Below are positions 19,073-32,011 of a DNA stretch of 64,000 nt, one piece after another. Numbering within the stretch: the first letter of the stretch is position 1; each line of letters opens with the position of its first letter. The stretch comes from Myxococcota bacterium (lineage in GTDB: Bacteria; Myxococcota; Myxococcia; Myxococcales; Myxococcaceae), in NCBI GenBank assembly GCA_049322255.1, contig JBMORE010000054.1, forward strand, positions 62,001 to 126,000. The letters are read 5' to 3'. The notes beneath the pieces were generated by a model that did not search any database, was not told the DNA's origin, and was given only the letters and a program-made list of their open reading frames with translations. The position numbers and the translations under genes are program-made.

Positions 19073-20176
19073 ATGCCCCTGCTCTCGCTCAACAGCCGTA
19101 ACAAAGCTCGACCGAACGGCGCACCCCTGGGGCGCAGCGCGGTCTCCGGGCTGCCGGTGAAAACCAAGCTCGAGCGCCTGATCAGGGTGGCCAAGGGAAA
19201 CAAGCAAGGGCTCATCCTCACGCACGACAACCCCGACCCTGACTCGATCGCCTCGGCGGTGGCGTTGGGCTTTTTGCTCGAGCGGCGCGCGGGAGTGGAG
19301 TGCCGCGTGGGGTACGGCGGCATCATCGGGCGGGCGGAGAACATCGCCTTCGTCAAAGTCTTGCGCCTGCCGGTGGTGCCGGTGAGCCAGGTGATCTTCG
19401 AGGACTACGACCTGCTCGGGCTGGTCGACACCCAGCAGGGGGTCGGCAACCACTCCTTGCCGCCTCAGTACGCGGCGGACGTGGTGATCGACCACCACCC
19501 GTTGCGCATCGAGGGGCTCACCGCGCCTTTCGCCGACGTCGGAGGGGACTACGGCGCCACCTCCACCCTGCTCGTCGAGTACCTGCGGGCGGCGAAGCTC
19601 GAGCCGTCGGTCGAGGTGGCCACTGCCCTCTTCTACGGCATCAAGGCCGATACCCGCGACTTGGGGAGGGAGACCACCGACAAGGACGTCGACAGCTACC
19701 TGTGGCTGTTTCCCCGCATCGACAAAACGGCGCTCGCGCAGATCGAGCACCCCGACCTCCCGGCGCAGTACTTCCGGCTGTACCACACGGCGATCGAGCG
19801 AGCGAAGGTGTACGGCACGGCGATCATCACCGACTTGGGCGAGGTCTACTCTCCCGACATGGTGGCCGAGGTCGCCGAGCGGATGATGTTCCTCGAGGGG
19901 ATGAAGTGGTCGCTCGCCTTCGGCAGCTACCGCAGCCAGCTGTACTTCTCCTTGCGGGTGAAGGACCGGCGCATGAACGCCGGGAGGCTCATTCGGGAGA
20001 TCTGCGAAGACCGGGGTGGCTCGGCCGGCGGCCACGGGAGCATGGCGGGCGCGCGACTGCCGTTGTGGGGAACGCGGTCGCAGCGTGCGTCGCTCAAGCG
20101 CGACTTGGTGGCGCGGTTCCGCGAGGCGTTCGGGGTGGAGAAGGAACGGGGCGTCTCGCTGTTGGCCGAGACGTGA
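19073..20176 (+). CDS. DHH family phosphoesterase
   Basis: THDNPDPDS, IDHH, GIKADT, AGGH. Confidence 0.88.
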   Translation: MPLLSLNSRNKARPNGAPLGRSAVSGLPVKTKLERLIRVAKGNKQGLILTHDNPDPDSIASAVALGFLLERRAGVECRVGYGGIIGRAENIAFVKVLRLPVVPVSQVIFEDYDLLGLVDTQQGVGNHSLPPQYAADVVIDHHPLRIEGLTAPFADVGGDYGATSTLLVEYLRAAKLEPSVEVATALFYGIKADTRDLGRETTDKDVDSYLWLFPRIDKTALAQIEHPDLPAQYFRLYHTAIERAKVYGTAIITDLGEVYSPDMVAEVAERMMFLEGMKWSLAFGSYRSQLYFSLRVKDRRMNAGRLIREICEDRGGSAGGHGSMAGARLPLWGTRSQRASLKRDLVARFREAFGVEKERGVSLLAET

Positions 20177-21351
20177 TCTACCTCGACCACAACGCGAGCA
20201 CGCCTTTGCGCCCGCAGGTGGCCGAGCTGCTCGTGCGCGCGGTGGAGCTGGGCACGACCCGACCGGGAAACTCCTCCAGCGTGCACCAGGGAGGGCGTGC
20301 CGCGCGTGCGCGCATCGACGCTGCGCGGATTTCGGTGGCCAAGACCTTGGGGTGCGAGATGCGCGAGGTGTGCTTCACCGCTTCGGGCTCGGAGGGAGAC
20401 GCGCTGGCCCTCCAGGGCGCCTTCCGCGGGCGCAAGGACAAGGCAAGGCGCGGCATCGTCAGCTCGCGCATCGAGCACCCCGCGGTCTTGACGGCGCTCG
20501 ATCAACTGGAGGCAGATGGAGCCAAGGTGACGCGTCTGTCCCCACGCGCCGACGGCCGTGTCGATGTCGAAAAAGCTCTGGCCGCGCTCAGCGAGGAGGT
20601 CGCGCTGTGCTCGCTGATGTGGGCGAACAACGAGACGGGCGTTTTGCAGCCGGTGGCCGAGGTGGCACGGGAGTGCCGCCGCCGGGGCATTCTCTTCCAC
20701 ACTGACGCGGTGCAGGCGACGGGCAAAGTGCCGGTCTCCCTGCGCGAAGTCGATGCCGACCTGTTGACCATTTCCGCTCACAAGCTCGGGGGCCCCGCCG
20801 GGGTGGGAGCGCTCGTCGTTCGCAAAGGAGTGGAGCTTTTTCCCCTGGTCCCCGGCCACCAGGAAGACGGCCGCCGCGGAGGCACCCACAACGTCGCCTA
20901 CATCGAAGCGCTCGCCTTGGCCTTGGAGCTCGCCGCCGTCGACGTGTCGCAGGACCGCGCCCAAGGCGGGGCGCTTCGCGACCGGCTCGAACGAGAGCTG
21001 CTGGCACGGATTCCGGACACGCAGGTGAACGGCAGCGGAGCGCCGCGGGTGCCCAACACGACGAACGTGCGGTTCGAGGGTGCCGACGGCGAGGCGCTGC
21101 TCATCGCGCTCGACTTGGAGGGAATTTGCGTCTCCACCGGCGCCGCCTGCGCCTCGGGCTCGTTGTCGCCCTCGCATGTTCTCACCGCGATGGGGCTTTC
21201 CTCGGCCCAGGCCCACGCCTCCTTGCGGATTTCGCTCGGCACCGACACCACGGAGGCGGAGATCGACCGGGTCATCGATGCGCTGGTCACCCACGTGCCC
21301 AAGGCGCGCGAGGCGACGACTCCCTCTCCCCCTGGGAGAGGGGTGGGGTGA
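20173..21351 (+). CDS. Cysteine desulfurase (IscS/NifS type)
   Basis: IYLDHNASTP, EHPAV, ANNETG, HTDAVQ, SAHK, STGAACAS. Confidence 0.92.
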   Translation: MIYLDHNASTPLRPQVAELLVRAVELGTTRPGNSSSVHQGGRAARARIDAARISVAKTLGCEMREVCFTASGSEGDALALQGAFRGRKDKARRGIVSSRIEHPAVLTALDQLEADGAKVTRLSPRADGRVDVEKALAALSEEVALCSLMWANNETGVLQPVAEVARECRRRGILFHTDAVQATGKVPVSLREVDADLLTISAHKLGGPAGVGALVVRKGVELFPLVPGHQEDGRRGGTHNVAYIEALALALELAAVDVSQDRAQGGALRDRLERELLARIPDTQVNGSGAPRVPNTTNVRFEGADGEALLIALDLEGICVSTGAACASGSLSPSHVLTAMGLSSAQAHASLRISLGTDTTEAEIDRVIDALVTHVPKAREATTPSPPGRGVG

Positions 21352-21412
21352 GGGGCGTCAATTCGTCAAAGCTGACACCCCTCACCCTTGCCCTCTCCCA
21401 GAGGGAGAGGGA
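21321..21412. repeat. Inverted pair of REP-like palindromes (BIME-like)
   Basis: 21321-21360 and 21373-21412 are inverted copies of the motif. Confidence 0.85.
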
Positions 21413-21433
21413 TGACTTATTTTCTGCGTTTAG

Positions 21434-22576
21434 GTGCGCTCGAGTTTCTCGATCCTTGCTGGTCTGCTCTTGGCGTGCGCCGACCCCTGCCCACCGGTGC
21501 CGGTGGAGCTTCCGCAGGAGCCGATGGTGGCCCACTGGGCGGAAGACGGCTACGCCACGGTGGCAGCTGAGCTCGGCGGTGTGCCGGGTCTGCTTTTGTT
21601 CGATACCGGCTTTCCCCGCACCTCGCTCGGCGCCCAGTCCGCGCGCGGCCTCGAGCTGACCGCCCTCACGGTGTCGGTCGCCGGGATGACGGCCGGACCT
21701 CTGCCGGCGGGCCTCATCACCGGCCCTGTGGAAACGGGGGCGGTGCTCGGCTCCGACGTGCTCCACCAGCTCCCGGTGGTCTTCGACGCCCGTGCCCGCA
21801 CCACCTCGGTGTTGCCGACTTTCGTCTCCGCTCACACCGGAGCACCCCTGCGACTCGCCGAATCGGGACGCTGTACCGAGGCCGACGCGCGCCGCTCTCC
21901 CCTCTTCCTCGTCGACGGCGAGGTGGAGGGCCGCACGGTGACCTTGCTTTTGGACACCGGAGCCGAGGCGACCTTCGTCTCCTCCGAGATCTACGCCGCG
22001 CTCGACGCGCGGCCCACGCTGCAGAACGTTCGGGTGGCGAGCGCCTTCGCCGGCATCTTCGAAGCCTCGGCCACCCGCGCGCGGCACATCGACGTGGGCG
22101 AAGCTGCCTCCACGGGCGTCGTGGTGCTCAGCAGCCATGAAATCGATGCCGAGTTGGCCAGGCTCTCCTCCATCGCCGGCCTGACGTTGAGCGGCTTTCT
22201 GGGGTGGAACTTCCTGCGCGAGCTCGAAGTCTCGCTCGCTCCAGGCAGCTCGGCGCTCGATGACCGCAGGCTCTCATTGACCCGCTTCGACTCCCAAACG
22301 CACTGGAAGCGAGAGCTCATCGGCGTGGGCATCTTCACCGAGCCATCGCTTCAGCCTCCGGGGCTGCGTGTGAACGGCTTTCTCTCCGTCTCTCCCGCGC
22401 GCGAGGCCGGAGTCGAAGCGGGCGATGTCATTCTCGCGGTCGACGGCGTCGCCGCCGCCCAAGCGCCCAGCCCCTTCGCAGCCCCCGGCGCCACCGTTCG
22501 CCTCGACCTTCAACGTGGGGCCAGCTCCCTTGCTCTCGATGTCGCGGTGCGCGACCTGCTTCCCGACCCTCCCTAA
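21434..22576 (+). CDS. Lipoprotein with two retropepsin-like aspartyl protease domains and PDZ
   Basis: LLAC lipobox, FDTG and LDTG, GVGI...SPAREAGVEAGDVILAVDG. Confidence 0.8.
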   Translation: MRSSFSILAGLLLACADPCPPVPVELPQEPMVAHWAEDGYATVAAELGGVPGLLLFDTGFPRTSLGAQSARGLELTALTVSVAGMTAGPLPAGLITGPVETGAVLGSDVLHQLPVVFDARARTTSVLPTFVSAHTGAPLRLAESGRCTEADARRSPLFLVDGEVEGRTVTLLLDTGAEATFVSSEIYAALDARPTLQNVRVASAFAGIFEASATRARHIDVGEAASTGVVVLSSHEIDAELARLSSIAGLTLSGFLGWNFLRELEVSLAPGSSALDDRRLSLTRFDSQTHWKRELIGVGIFTEPSLQPPGLRVNGFLSVSPAREAGVEAGDVILAVDGVAAAQAPSPFAAPGATVRLDLQRGASSLALDVAVRDLLPDPP

Positions 22577-22584
22577 ACCACGGT

Positions 22585-23496
22585 TCAACCGAACAGCCCG
22601 CGCACCATCGCCGAGATGGCCAGCGGCGTGCCCACCCGCTCGTCGAAGTGGGGAGTCAGCGCCTCGCTCATCTGTGCCGCCGTCTGGAAGCGGTCGGCCG
22701 GATCGATCGCCAAGCCCTTGTTGACGATCTCCTCCAACGCCTCCGACACCTCGGGCCGAAGCATGCGCACCGAGGTGTGTAGCCGGCCGCGAATGGCGGT
22801 GAAGACCTCCGCGGGGGTGGCACCGGTGAACGGCCGCTCGAGGGTGAGCAGCTCGTAGAGCGACACCGTGGCCGCCCAGAGGTCGGCGGCAGGCGTCACC
22901 TGACCGTCGAGCACCTCGGGAGACAAGTAGTAGGGCTTGCCCACCACGCCGCGATCCGACGCCATGCCTGAGCGCGCCCGCGCCACCCCGAAGTCCCCCA
23001 GCTTGATGTCCCCGGTGCGCGAAACGAACAGGTTCGAGGGTGAGACGTCGCAGTGCACGATGCCCAAGGGTGCTCCCGAGGGGCTTTTCGCCTGGTGGGC
23101 GTACCCCAGCGCGTCGAGCAGCACCTTGGCCAGGTAGACGGCGAAGTCGATCGGCCAGGCGATGCCCCGCTGCTGACAGCGCCGCAGCACCTGGCCCACG
23201 TCGCGTCCTTCGATGAGCTCCATCACCATGAAATACACGTCGTCGATCACTCCCACCTCGTAGACCTTCACCACGTTGGGATGATCGAGAAGCTTGGTGA
23301 GATCGGCCTCGGTGGCGAAGGCTTCGACCGCGGCCGCGTCCTTGGCGAGCGCGGGCGAAAGCCGCTTGAGCGCCACCAAAAGCCCGGCACGCGGGCCTTC
23401 CACCACGCGCGCGCGGTACACCTCGGCCATCCCGCCTTTCCCCATGAGCGAGAGGATGTCGTAGTTGCCGAACCGGCGCGTGGCGGGGGCGCTCAC
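22585..23496 (-). CDS. Ser/Thr protein kinase (kinase domain only)
   Basis: GKGGMAEVY, VALK, HCDVSPSN, DFG, YLSPE. Confidence 0.9.
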   Translation of the reverse strand: MSAPATRRFGNYDILSLMGKGGMAEVYRARVVEGPRAGLLVALKRLSPALAKDAAAVEAFATEADLTKLLDHPNVVKVYEVGVIDDVYFMVMELIEGRDVGQVLRRCQQRGIAWPIDFAVYLAKVLLDALGYAHQAKSPSGAPLGIVHCDVSPSNLFVSRTGDIKLGDFGVARARSGMASDRGVVGKPYYLSPEVLDGQVTPAADLWAATVSLYELLTLERPFTGATPAEVFTAIRGRLHTSVRMLRPEVSEALEEIVNKGLAIDPADRFQTAAQMSEALTPHFDERVGTPLAISAMVRGLFG

Positions 23497-23501
23497 AAGA
23501 C

Positions 23502-24470
23502 TTAGAAACTCCCTCCGCCCTTGCGTGCCTTGAGCGACCACGCTTGGGCCACCAGCTTCTTGAACTCGGGGTCGTCCTGGAACAGGCGTATCAGATCGGC
23601 GTCGCTGCTCATCGCTTCGGGCAAGGAAAAGCCCTGCTTGACCGCCGACTTGAGGTGAGCCAGCGCAGCCTTCTTGTCTCCCAGGCGGCTGTGGGCGCAG
23701 GCCAGGTTGTAAGAGATGTCGGCCTCGTTCTGGCGGACGTTCCTGGCCAGCTCGCGCGCGCGTTCGTAGCTGGCGATGGCCTTGAGCACGTTGCCCCGCT
23801 TGAACTCGGCCACCCCCAAGCCGAAGTACGCGGTCCAGTTGCTCTCGTTGTAGCTGATGCCCACCGCGAACTGCTGCGCCGCACCCGCGAAATCACCCGC
23901 CTCGAGCAACCTTTTCCCCTTGAGCAGCGCGTCCTTGTGCAGCTCGAGGTTCTTCTTTCCGTTGCTCTTCTTCTTGGCGATGAGCGCCGCCGAGCTTCCG
24001 GAGAGCTTCCCCGCGCTTGGGCGCTCACCCGCCGCCAGCGCCGATACCAGAAGTCGCGTGCCGGCGAGCGCGGGAGAGGTGCACGCCGCGTCGAGCTTCA
24101 CCTCGCCAAACAACGTCCCCGACACCGGGTGGTACACGGCGAGCCAAGGGTAAACCTTGGGTGGGCAGGCCGCTCCGGTTTGACACAACAGCACCGAGCC
24201 CACCAGGACGTTGCCTTCGAACCGTCCCTCGATGATTCGCTGATCCGCCTCGAAGGCGCACGCGCCCCCGCTCACGTACTTGCCCGACACCCGATCGTCT
24301 TCGGTGGTAAACAACAAGACGCCCGCCTCTTGCGCCCTGTACAGCCCGCTGAGCGTGGGGGTGGCCGCCCACGAGGCCGCCGGCAGCCACGCGGCGAGCA
24401 CCCAAAGCCTCGAATTGGTGCATGCGTGGACCATCGAAGGTCTGGCGGATCGGCGAGGGCGTGAAATCAT
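23502..24470 (-). CDS. Exported TPR protein (start uncertain)
   Basis: Hydrophobic leader; C-terminal TPRs with YNLACAHS. Confidence 0.75.
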   Translation of the reverse strand: MISRPRRSARPSMVHACTNSRLWVLAAWLPAASWAATPTLSGLYRAQEAGVLLFTTEDDRVSGKYVSGGACAFEADQRIIEGRFEGNVLVGSVLLCQTGAACPPKVYPWLAVYHPVSGTLFGEVKLDAACTSPALAGTRLLVSALAAGERPSAGKLSGSSAALIAKKKSNGKKNLELHKDALLKGKRLLEAGDFAGAAQQFAVGISYNESNWTAYFGLGVAEFKRGNVLKAIASYERARELARNVRQNEADISYNLACAHSRLGDKKAALAHLKSAVKQGFSLPEAMSSDADLIRLFQDDPEFKKLVAQAWSLKARKGGGSF

Positions 24471-24478
24471 AGCGCTCC

Positions 24479-24507
24479 TTGACCCTTCCGGATCACGTCC
24501 CTATCAT
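24479..24507 (+). promoter_or_regulatory. Sigma-70 promoter upstream of 6S RNA
   Basis: TTGACC-17nt-TATCAT. Confidence 0.7.
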
Positions 24508-24570
24508 TCAGCGACGACTTCTTCAGTTTCTCCAACGAACTCAATGCCTTAGGAGACTTAGCGGATTTGA

Positions 24571-24718
24571 GAAGAGCTGTCCCCTGCGGGGTGCGTGATG
24601 GGCAGCAGAAATTCGAACCGATACGTTCATTCCGGGAGCCGTCCTACTTCGGCCCCCACCTGATTCTCCAGGGTTCAATGGACGTTGCCCACACGGCCAA
24701 TGGCGGGGGACTTTTTTC
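24571..24718 (+). ncRNA. ssrS: 6S RNA
   Basis: Long hairpin (GTCCCCTGC/GCGGGGGAC, GGGCAGC/GTTGCCC, GAACC/GGTTC) with central bubble, directly upstream of ygfA. Confidence 0.8.
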
Positions 24719-24732
24719 GGGGGGGCGGGCCG

Positions 24733-25356
24733 GTGAACGAGACAGTGGTGGACGAAGGGGTAGCTCGCAAAACGTCGCTCCGGGAGGAGCTGACGCTGCG
24801 CCGCAAGGCGATGCCGCCGGAAGTGATCGACGCCCGCGGGTTGAAGGTGCAGGCGAGGTTTTTGGCCACCCCCTACTACGCGCGCGCTCGCACGGTGGCC
24901 CTCTACGCGCCGATTCGGGGCGAGGTTCCCACGCGCGACATCCTCACTGCGGCGATCGCCGACGGCAAGCTGGTGTGTTACCCGCTCTCGCACGTGCACG
25001 GCCGCATCTTGTCGTTTAGGGCGATCAGCTCGGAGTCGGAGCTGGAGCCAGGCCGGCTGGGGGTACGCGAACCCTCCAGCGCCGCCGAGCTGGTGCCGGT
25101 GGAGCAGATCGACCTCTTCGTGGTGCCGGGGCTCGGCTTCACCCGGGACGGGCACCGGTTGGGCCGCGGGGGCGGCTACTACGATGCCACGTTGCGCTCG
25201 GCGGTGGCCCGCAGCCGGCGCGTGGGCTTGGGGTTTGCCGACCAGATCGTCGACGAGCTGCCGGTGAGCCCCGACGACGTGCAGATGGACTTGGTGGTGA
25301 CCGAGGCGGAGTCCTTTCGTGGTTTGTACCGCGATTGGGAGTTCGTCGACACCTGA
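24733..25356 (+). CDS. ygfA: 5-formyltetrahydrofolate cyclo-ligase
   Basis: KTSLR, VVPGLGF..DGHRLGRGGGYYD, DVQMD. Confidence 0.92.
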   Translation: MNETVVDEGVARKTSLREELTLRRKAMPPEVIDARGLKVQARFLATPYYARARTVALYAPIRGEVPTRDILTAAIADGKLVCYPLSHVHGRILSFRAISSESELEPGRLGVREPSSAAELVPVEQIDLFVVPGLGFTRDGHRLGRGGGYYDATLRSAVARSRRVGLGFADQIVDELPVSPDDVQMDLVVTEAESFRGLYRDWEFVDT

Positions 25357-25379
25357 GCGCCGTGGCATAACCCTCGGCC

Positions 25380-26171
25380 GTGAAGGTTCTCTTCCTCGGC
25401 GACGTGGTGGGCAAGCCCGGTATCAACGCCGTCAAGGCGCTCTTACCCAAGCTGATCGGCCGCCACGGGATCGATCTGGTAGTGGCCAACGCCGAGAACT
25501 CCGAGGGCGGCGCGGGGGTCTCTCCGGAGAGCGCCGAAGCGCTCTTGGCGGCGGAGGTCGACCTGCTCACCTCGGGAAACCACATCTGGACCAAGAAACA
25601 AATCCTCCCCTGGCTGGAGCGGAACCCCGATCGGCTCTTGCGCCCGGCCAACTACCCAAAGGGGGCTCCCGGCAAAGGGCACACGGTGGTGGAGACGCCC
25701 GGGGGCCGCAAGCTGGGGGTGCTCAACCTCGAGGGGCGTGTCTTCATGAAGGCGCTCGACGACCCCTTCACCGTCGCCCTCCAGGCGGTGGCGGAGCTCC
25801 GGCAACAGACGCCCTGTATCCTCGTCGACATGCACTGCGAGGCGACCAGCGAGAAGAACGCGATGGGCGCTTTCCTCGACGGCAAGGTGTCGGCGGTGAT
25901 CGGCTCCCACACCCACGTGCAGACCGCCGACGAGCGCATTCTCCCCGCCGGCACCGCCTTCCTCACCGACGCCGGCATGTGCGGGCCGCTCGACTCGGTC
26001 ATCGGCGTCAAGAAGGAGCTGTCCATCGAGCGCTTCCTCTCTCAACGGCCCACGAGCTTCGAGGTGGCCAAGAACCTGGTCTACCTCCAAGGCGCGATCG
26101 TCGACATCGACGAGGAGAGCGGGCGGGCCAAGAGCGTCGAGCGGGTGCGCGAGCACCTGCCTGGCACCTAA
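25380..26171 (+). CDS. ymdB: YmdB-family metallophosphoesterase (TIGR00282)
   Basis: FLGDVVG, NAEN, TSGNH, DMHCEATSEK, GSHTHV, TDAGMCG. Confidence 0.93.
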   Translation: MKVLFLGDVVGKPGINAVKALLPKLIGRHGIDLVVANAENSEGGAGVSPESAEALLAAEVDLLTSGNHIWTKKQILPWLERNPDRLLRPANYPKGAPGKGHTVVETPGGRKLGVLNLEGRVFMKALDDPFTVALQAVAELRQQTPCILVDMHCEATSEKNAMGAFLDGKVSAVIGSHTHVQTADERILPAGTAFLTDAGMCGPLDSVIGVKKELSIERFLSQRPTSFEVAKNLVYLQGAIVDIDEESGRAKSVERVREHLPGT

Positions 26172-26318
26172 AGGGGTTTTCAGGCTCCAAGGGGAGAGGC
26201 GGGGCGGGCGACTGCATGCGGTGTTCGACAAGGTGAGCGCCGAGGTGACGAGCGCTGCGCAGCTGGGCCGGTGGTCCGTTCGACACCGGCGTTCCGCCCG
26301 TGTTAAGGGCGTGGCGCC

Positions 26319-29708
<3,390 letters not shown>

Positions 29709-29722
29709 ACGGTTGAAGCGAA

Positions 29723-29795
<73 letters not shown>

Positions 29796-29917
29796 GTGAT
29801 TGCGCGCGTGGTACCACACCTGGGCACCAATTCAAGCGCGGCCACCGCAACGTGCGTCGATGACACGTCGCGTCGCGTAAGCGCTTGATATTGAACGAGA
29901 AATTGAATTTCTCGGCG

Positions 29918-29946
29918 TTGACCCCCGCGCGCGTGCCACGTACTGT
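29918..29946 (+). promoter_or_regulatory. Sigma-70 promoter of gdh
   Basis: TTGACC-17nt-TACTGT. Confidence 0.55.
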
Positions 29947-29966
29947 GCGCCCGCACCGGAGAACCC

Positions 29967-31523
29967 ATGCCTTCATCCGAAGAAATCTTCATGAGGGCCC
30001 TGCCGCCCTCTCCCAAGCGCACCCTCTACACCGATGCGATGGAGATTTTCCACCGCGCCGCCGACCTCATCGGCCTGGACAAGCGGGTGCGCCTGGAGCT
30101 GCAGGAGCCGGACTACGAGCACATTTTTTACGTGACGATCAAGCTCAAGGATCGGCTGGTGCCTTTGCCTCCCGAGCAGGCCAAAACGTTTTCCGACCTG
30201 CCGGTGAGCCAGGTGCGGGACCCGGGCGGGCTGGAGCTTCTCGCCAGCGGAAAAATCATTCTCAACGGGCGGGCGTTGCTCGGCTCCGATGTCACCATCC
30301 GCGGCGGGCACCTGCGCCTGCCCAGCGGGGGCGTCTATCAGCTGGTGCCGGGCGAAAACGTGAGCATGAAGGGGTACCGGGTGCAGCACAACCAGGCGCG
30401 GGGGCCGTACAAGGGCGGCCTGCGCTACCACCGTGAGGTGTCGCTCGACCTGTTCAAAGCGCTGGCGGCGGAGATGACGTGGAAGACGGCGATCGTCGAA
30501 GTGCCGTTCGGGGGCGCCAAAGGCGGCTTGCAGATCGACCCGCGCGAGCACGGCCGCGAGGAGCTGCAGGCGATCACCTTGCGTTTCATGTACAAGCTCA
30601 AGAACCTGATCGGCCCCAACTTCGACATTCCCGCGCCGGACGTGGGGACCAACAGCGAAATCATGGCGCTGATGATGCGCCAGTACAGCGACGGCGAGCG
30701 CGAGCGCCACCGGCTGCGCGGCGTGGTCACCGGCAAAGACATGCGCATCGGCGGCTCCGAGGGCCGCACCAAAGCCACGGGCCAAGGCCTCGCCTACTGC
30801 GTGGAGGACTACTACGCGGAGAAGGGCGAGTCTTGCCGGGGCAAGACCTTTCTTTTGCAGGGGTTTGGCAACGTGGGCTCGGCGGCGGCAGAAATTCTCT
30901 GCTCCATGGGCGCCCGTCTGCTCGCGGTCAACGACGCCGACGGCACCGTCTACAACCCCGACGGCATCGACGTGGCGGCGCTCACCGCCTACGTCTACGA
31001 GAACCCGAAGAACCTCAAGCGCTCGGTGCTGGGCTTCCCCGGCGGGCAGGGGATTTCGAAGAAAGACCTCTGGGAGATTCCCGCCGACATGCTCGTCCCC
31101 GCGGCGCTGGGTGGCGAAATCACCGGCGAGGTCGCCGAGCGGCTCAAGGTGAAGCTGATCGCCGAGGGAGCCAACGGCCCCACCACCCCCGAGGCCGATC
31201 GAATCTTGTCGAAAAGGGGCATCGACCTCATCCCCGACATCATCGCCAACGCCGGCGGCGTGACGGTGAGCTACTACGAGTGGATTCAGAACAACCGCAT
31301 GGAGTCGTGGACCGAAGCCGAGGTCAACAAGAAGCTCGAGTACGCGATGAAGCGCAACTACCGCATCATCCGCGACATCGCCCGTTGCTCTCCTCGGCGC
31401 ACCGACATGCACGACAGCCGGAAGTTCTGCATCGATCGTCCGGTCGACCCGCGCTGCGCGGCGATGATTCTCGCCCTGCGCCGCATCGAAGCCCACTACC
31501 AGCTGGAGGGGTTCAGCCAGTAA
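29967..31523 (+). CDS. Glu/Leu/Phe/Val dehydrogenase (glutamate dehydrogenase)
   Basis: GYRVQHN, GPYKGGLRY, GGAKGG, PAPDVGT, QGFGNVG, EGANGP, NAGGV. Confidence 0.93.
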   Translation: MPSSEEIFMRALPPSPKRTLYTDAMEIFHRAADLIGLDKRVRLELQEPDYEHIFYVTIKLKDRLVPLPPEQAKTFSDLPVSQVRDPGGLELLASGKIILNGRALLGSDVTIRGGHLRLPSGGVYQLVPGENVSMKGYRVQHNQARGPYKGGLRYHREVSLDLFKALAAEMTWKTAIVEVPFGGAKGGLQIDPREHGREELQAITLRFMYKLKNLIGPNFDIPAPDVGTNSEIMALMMRQYSDGERERHRLRGVVTGKDMRIGGSEGRTKATGQGLAYCVEDYYAEKGESCRGKTFLLQGFGNVGSAAAEILCSMGARLLAVNDADGTVYNPDGIDVAALTAYVYENPKNLKRSVLGFPGGQGISKKDLWEIPADMLVPAALGGEITGEVAERLKVKLIAEGANGPTTPEADRILSKRGIDLIPDIIANAGGVTVSYYEWIQNNRMESWTEAEVNKKLEYAMKRNYRIIRDIARCSPRRTDMHDSRKFCIDRPVDPRCAAMILALRRIEAHYQLEGFSQ

Positions 31524-31529
31524 CCGCAA

Positions 31530-31877
31530 CTAGTGCATCACCCGCTCGCGATCGACCAACAGGAGCGGGTGGTCTTCCTTGGTCTCGTAGGCGACGATGC
31601 GCAAACCCATGCCGCGGCTGTAGCCTTCCTGCCCGTCCCTGCCTCCGTAGCTGAGCGCCACTTGGTAGCGCACCTCACACAGACAGGTCATTTCGGTGCC
31701 GTCCTCGCCCGCGAAAGTGACTTTGAGGCGTCCGCCCAAGGGCATCGGCTCGCGCGTCTCCACGAAAAGCCCGCGGGCACTGATGTTGCGCCCGATGCCG
31801 CGGGTCATCCCCTCTTGGCTGGTGAGATAGACGGTGAAAACTTTGTCGAACCGAAGATGCTGACGGCGATCGCTCAC
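31530..31877 (-). CDS. cdbS: Stand-alone PilZ protein, CdbS-like
   Basis: RRQHLR and NISARG PilZ motifs; position beside gdh matches the M. xanthus cdbS locus as I recall it. Confidence 0.7.
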   Translation of the reverse strand: MSDRRQHLRFDKVFTVYLTSQEGMTRGIGRNISARGLFVETREPMPLGGRLKVTFAGEDGTEMTCLCEVRYQVALSYGGRDGQEGYSRGMGLRIVAYETKEDHPLLLVDRERVMH

Positions 31878-32011
31878 GCTTTTGGCCTCCTTCGTGGAAG
31901 CCAAAGCGTACATGGTGCGATAATGTAGTCAAAATATCCACCTCATGCCACACGGACAGGGCGCTCCGCCCGTGGCAAGATGCGCCCGCTCTCACGCCCG
32001 GAGAAAGCCCC

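Noticed and set aside
29973..31529. 518-aa antisense ORF covering gdh (and similar long shadow ORFs over the ligase, thiC, ftsH and folP)
   Set aside because: Expected from strong GC3 bias; no recognisable motifs
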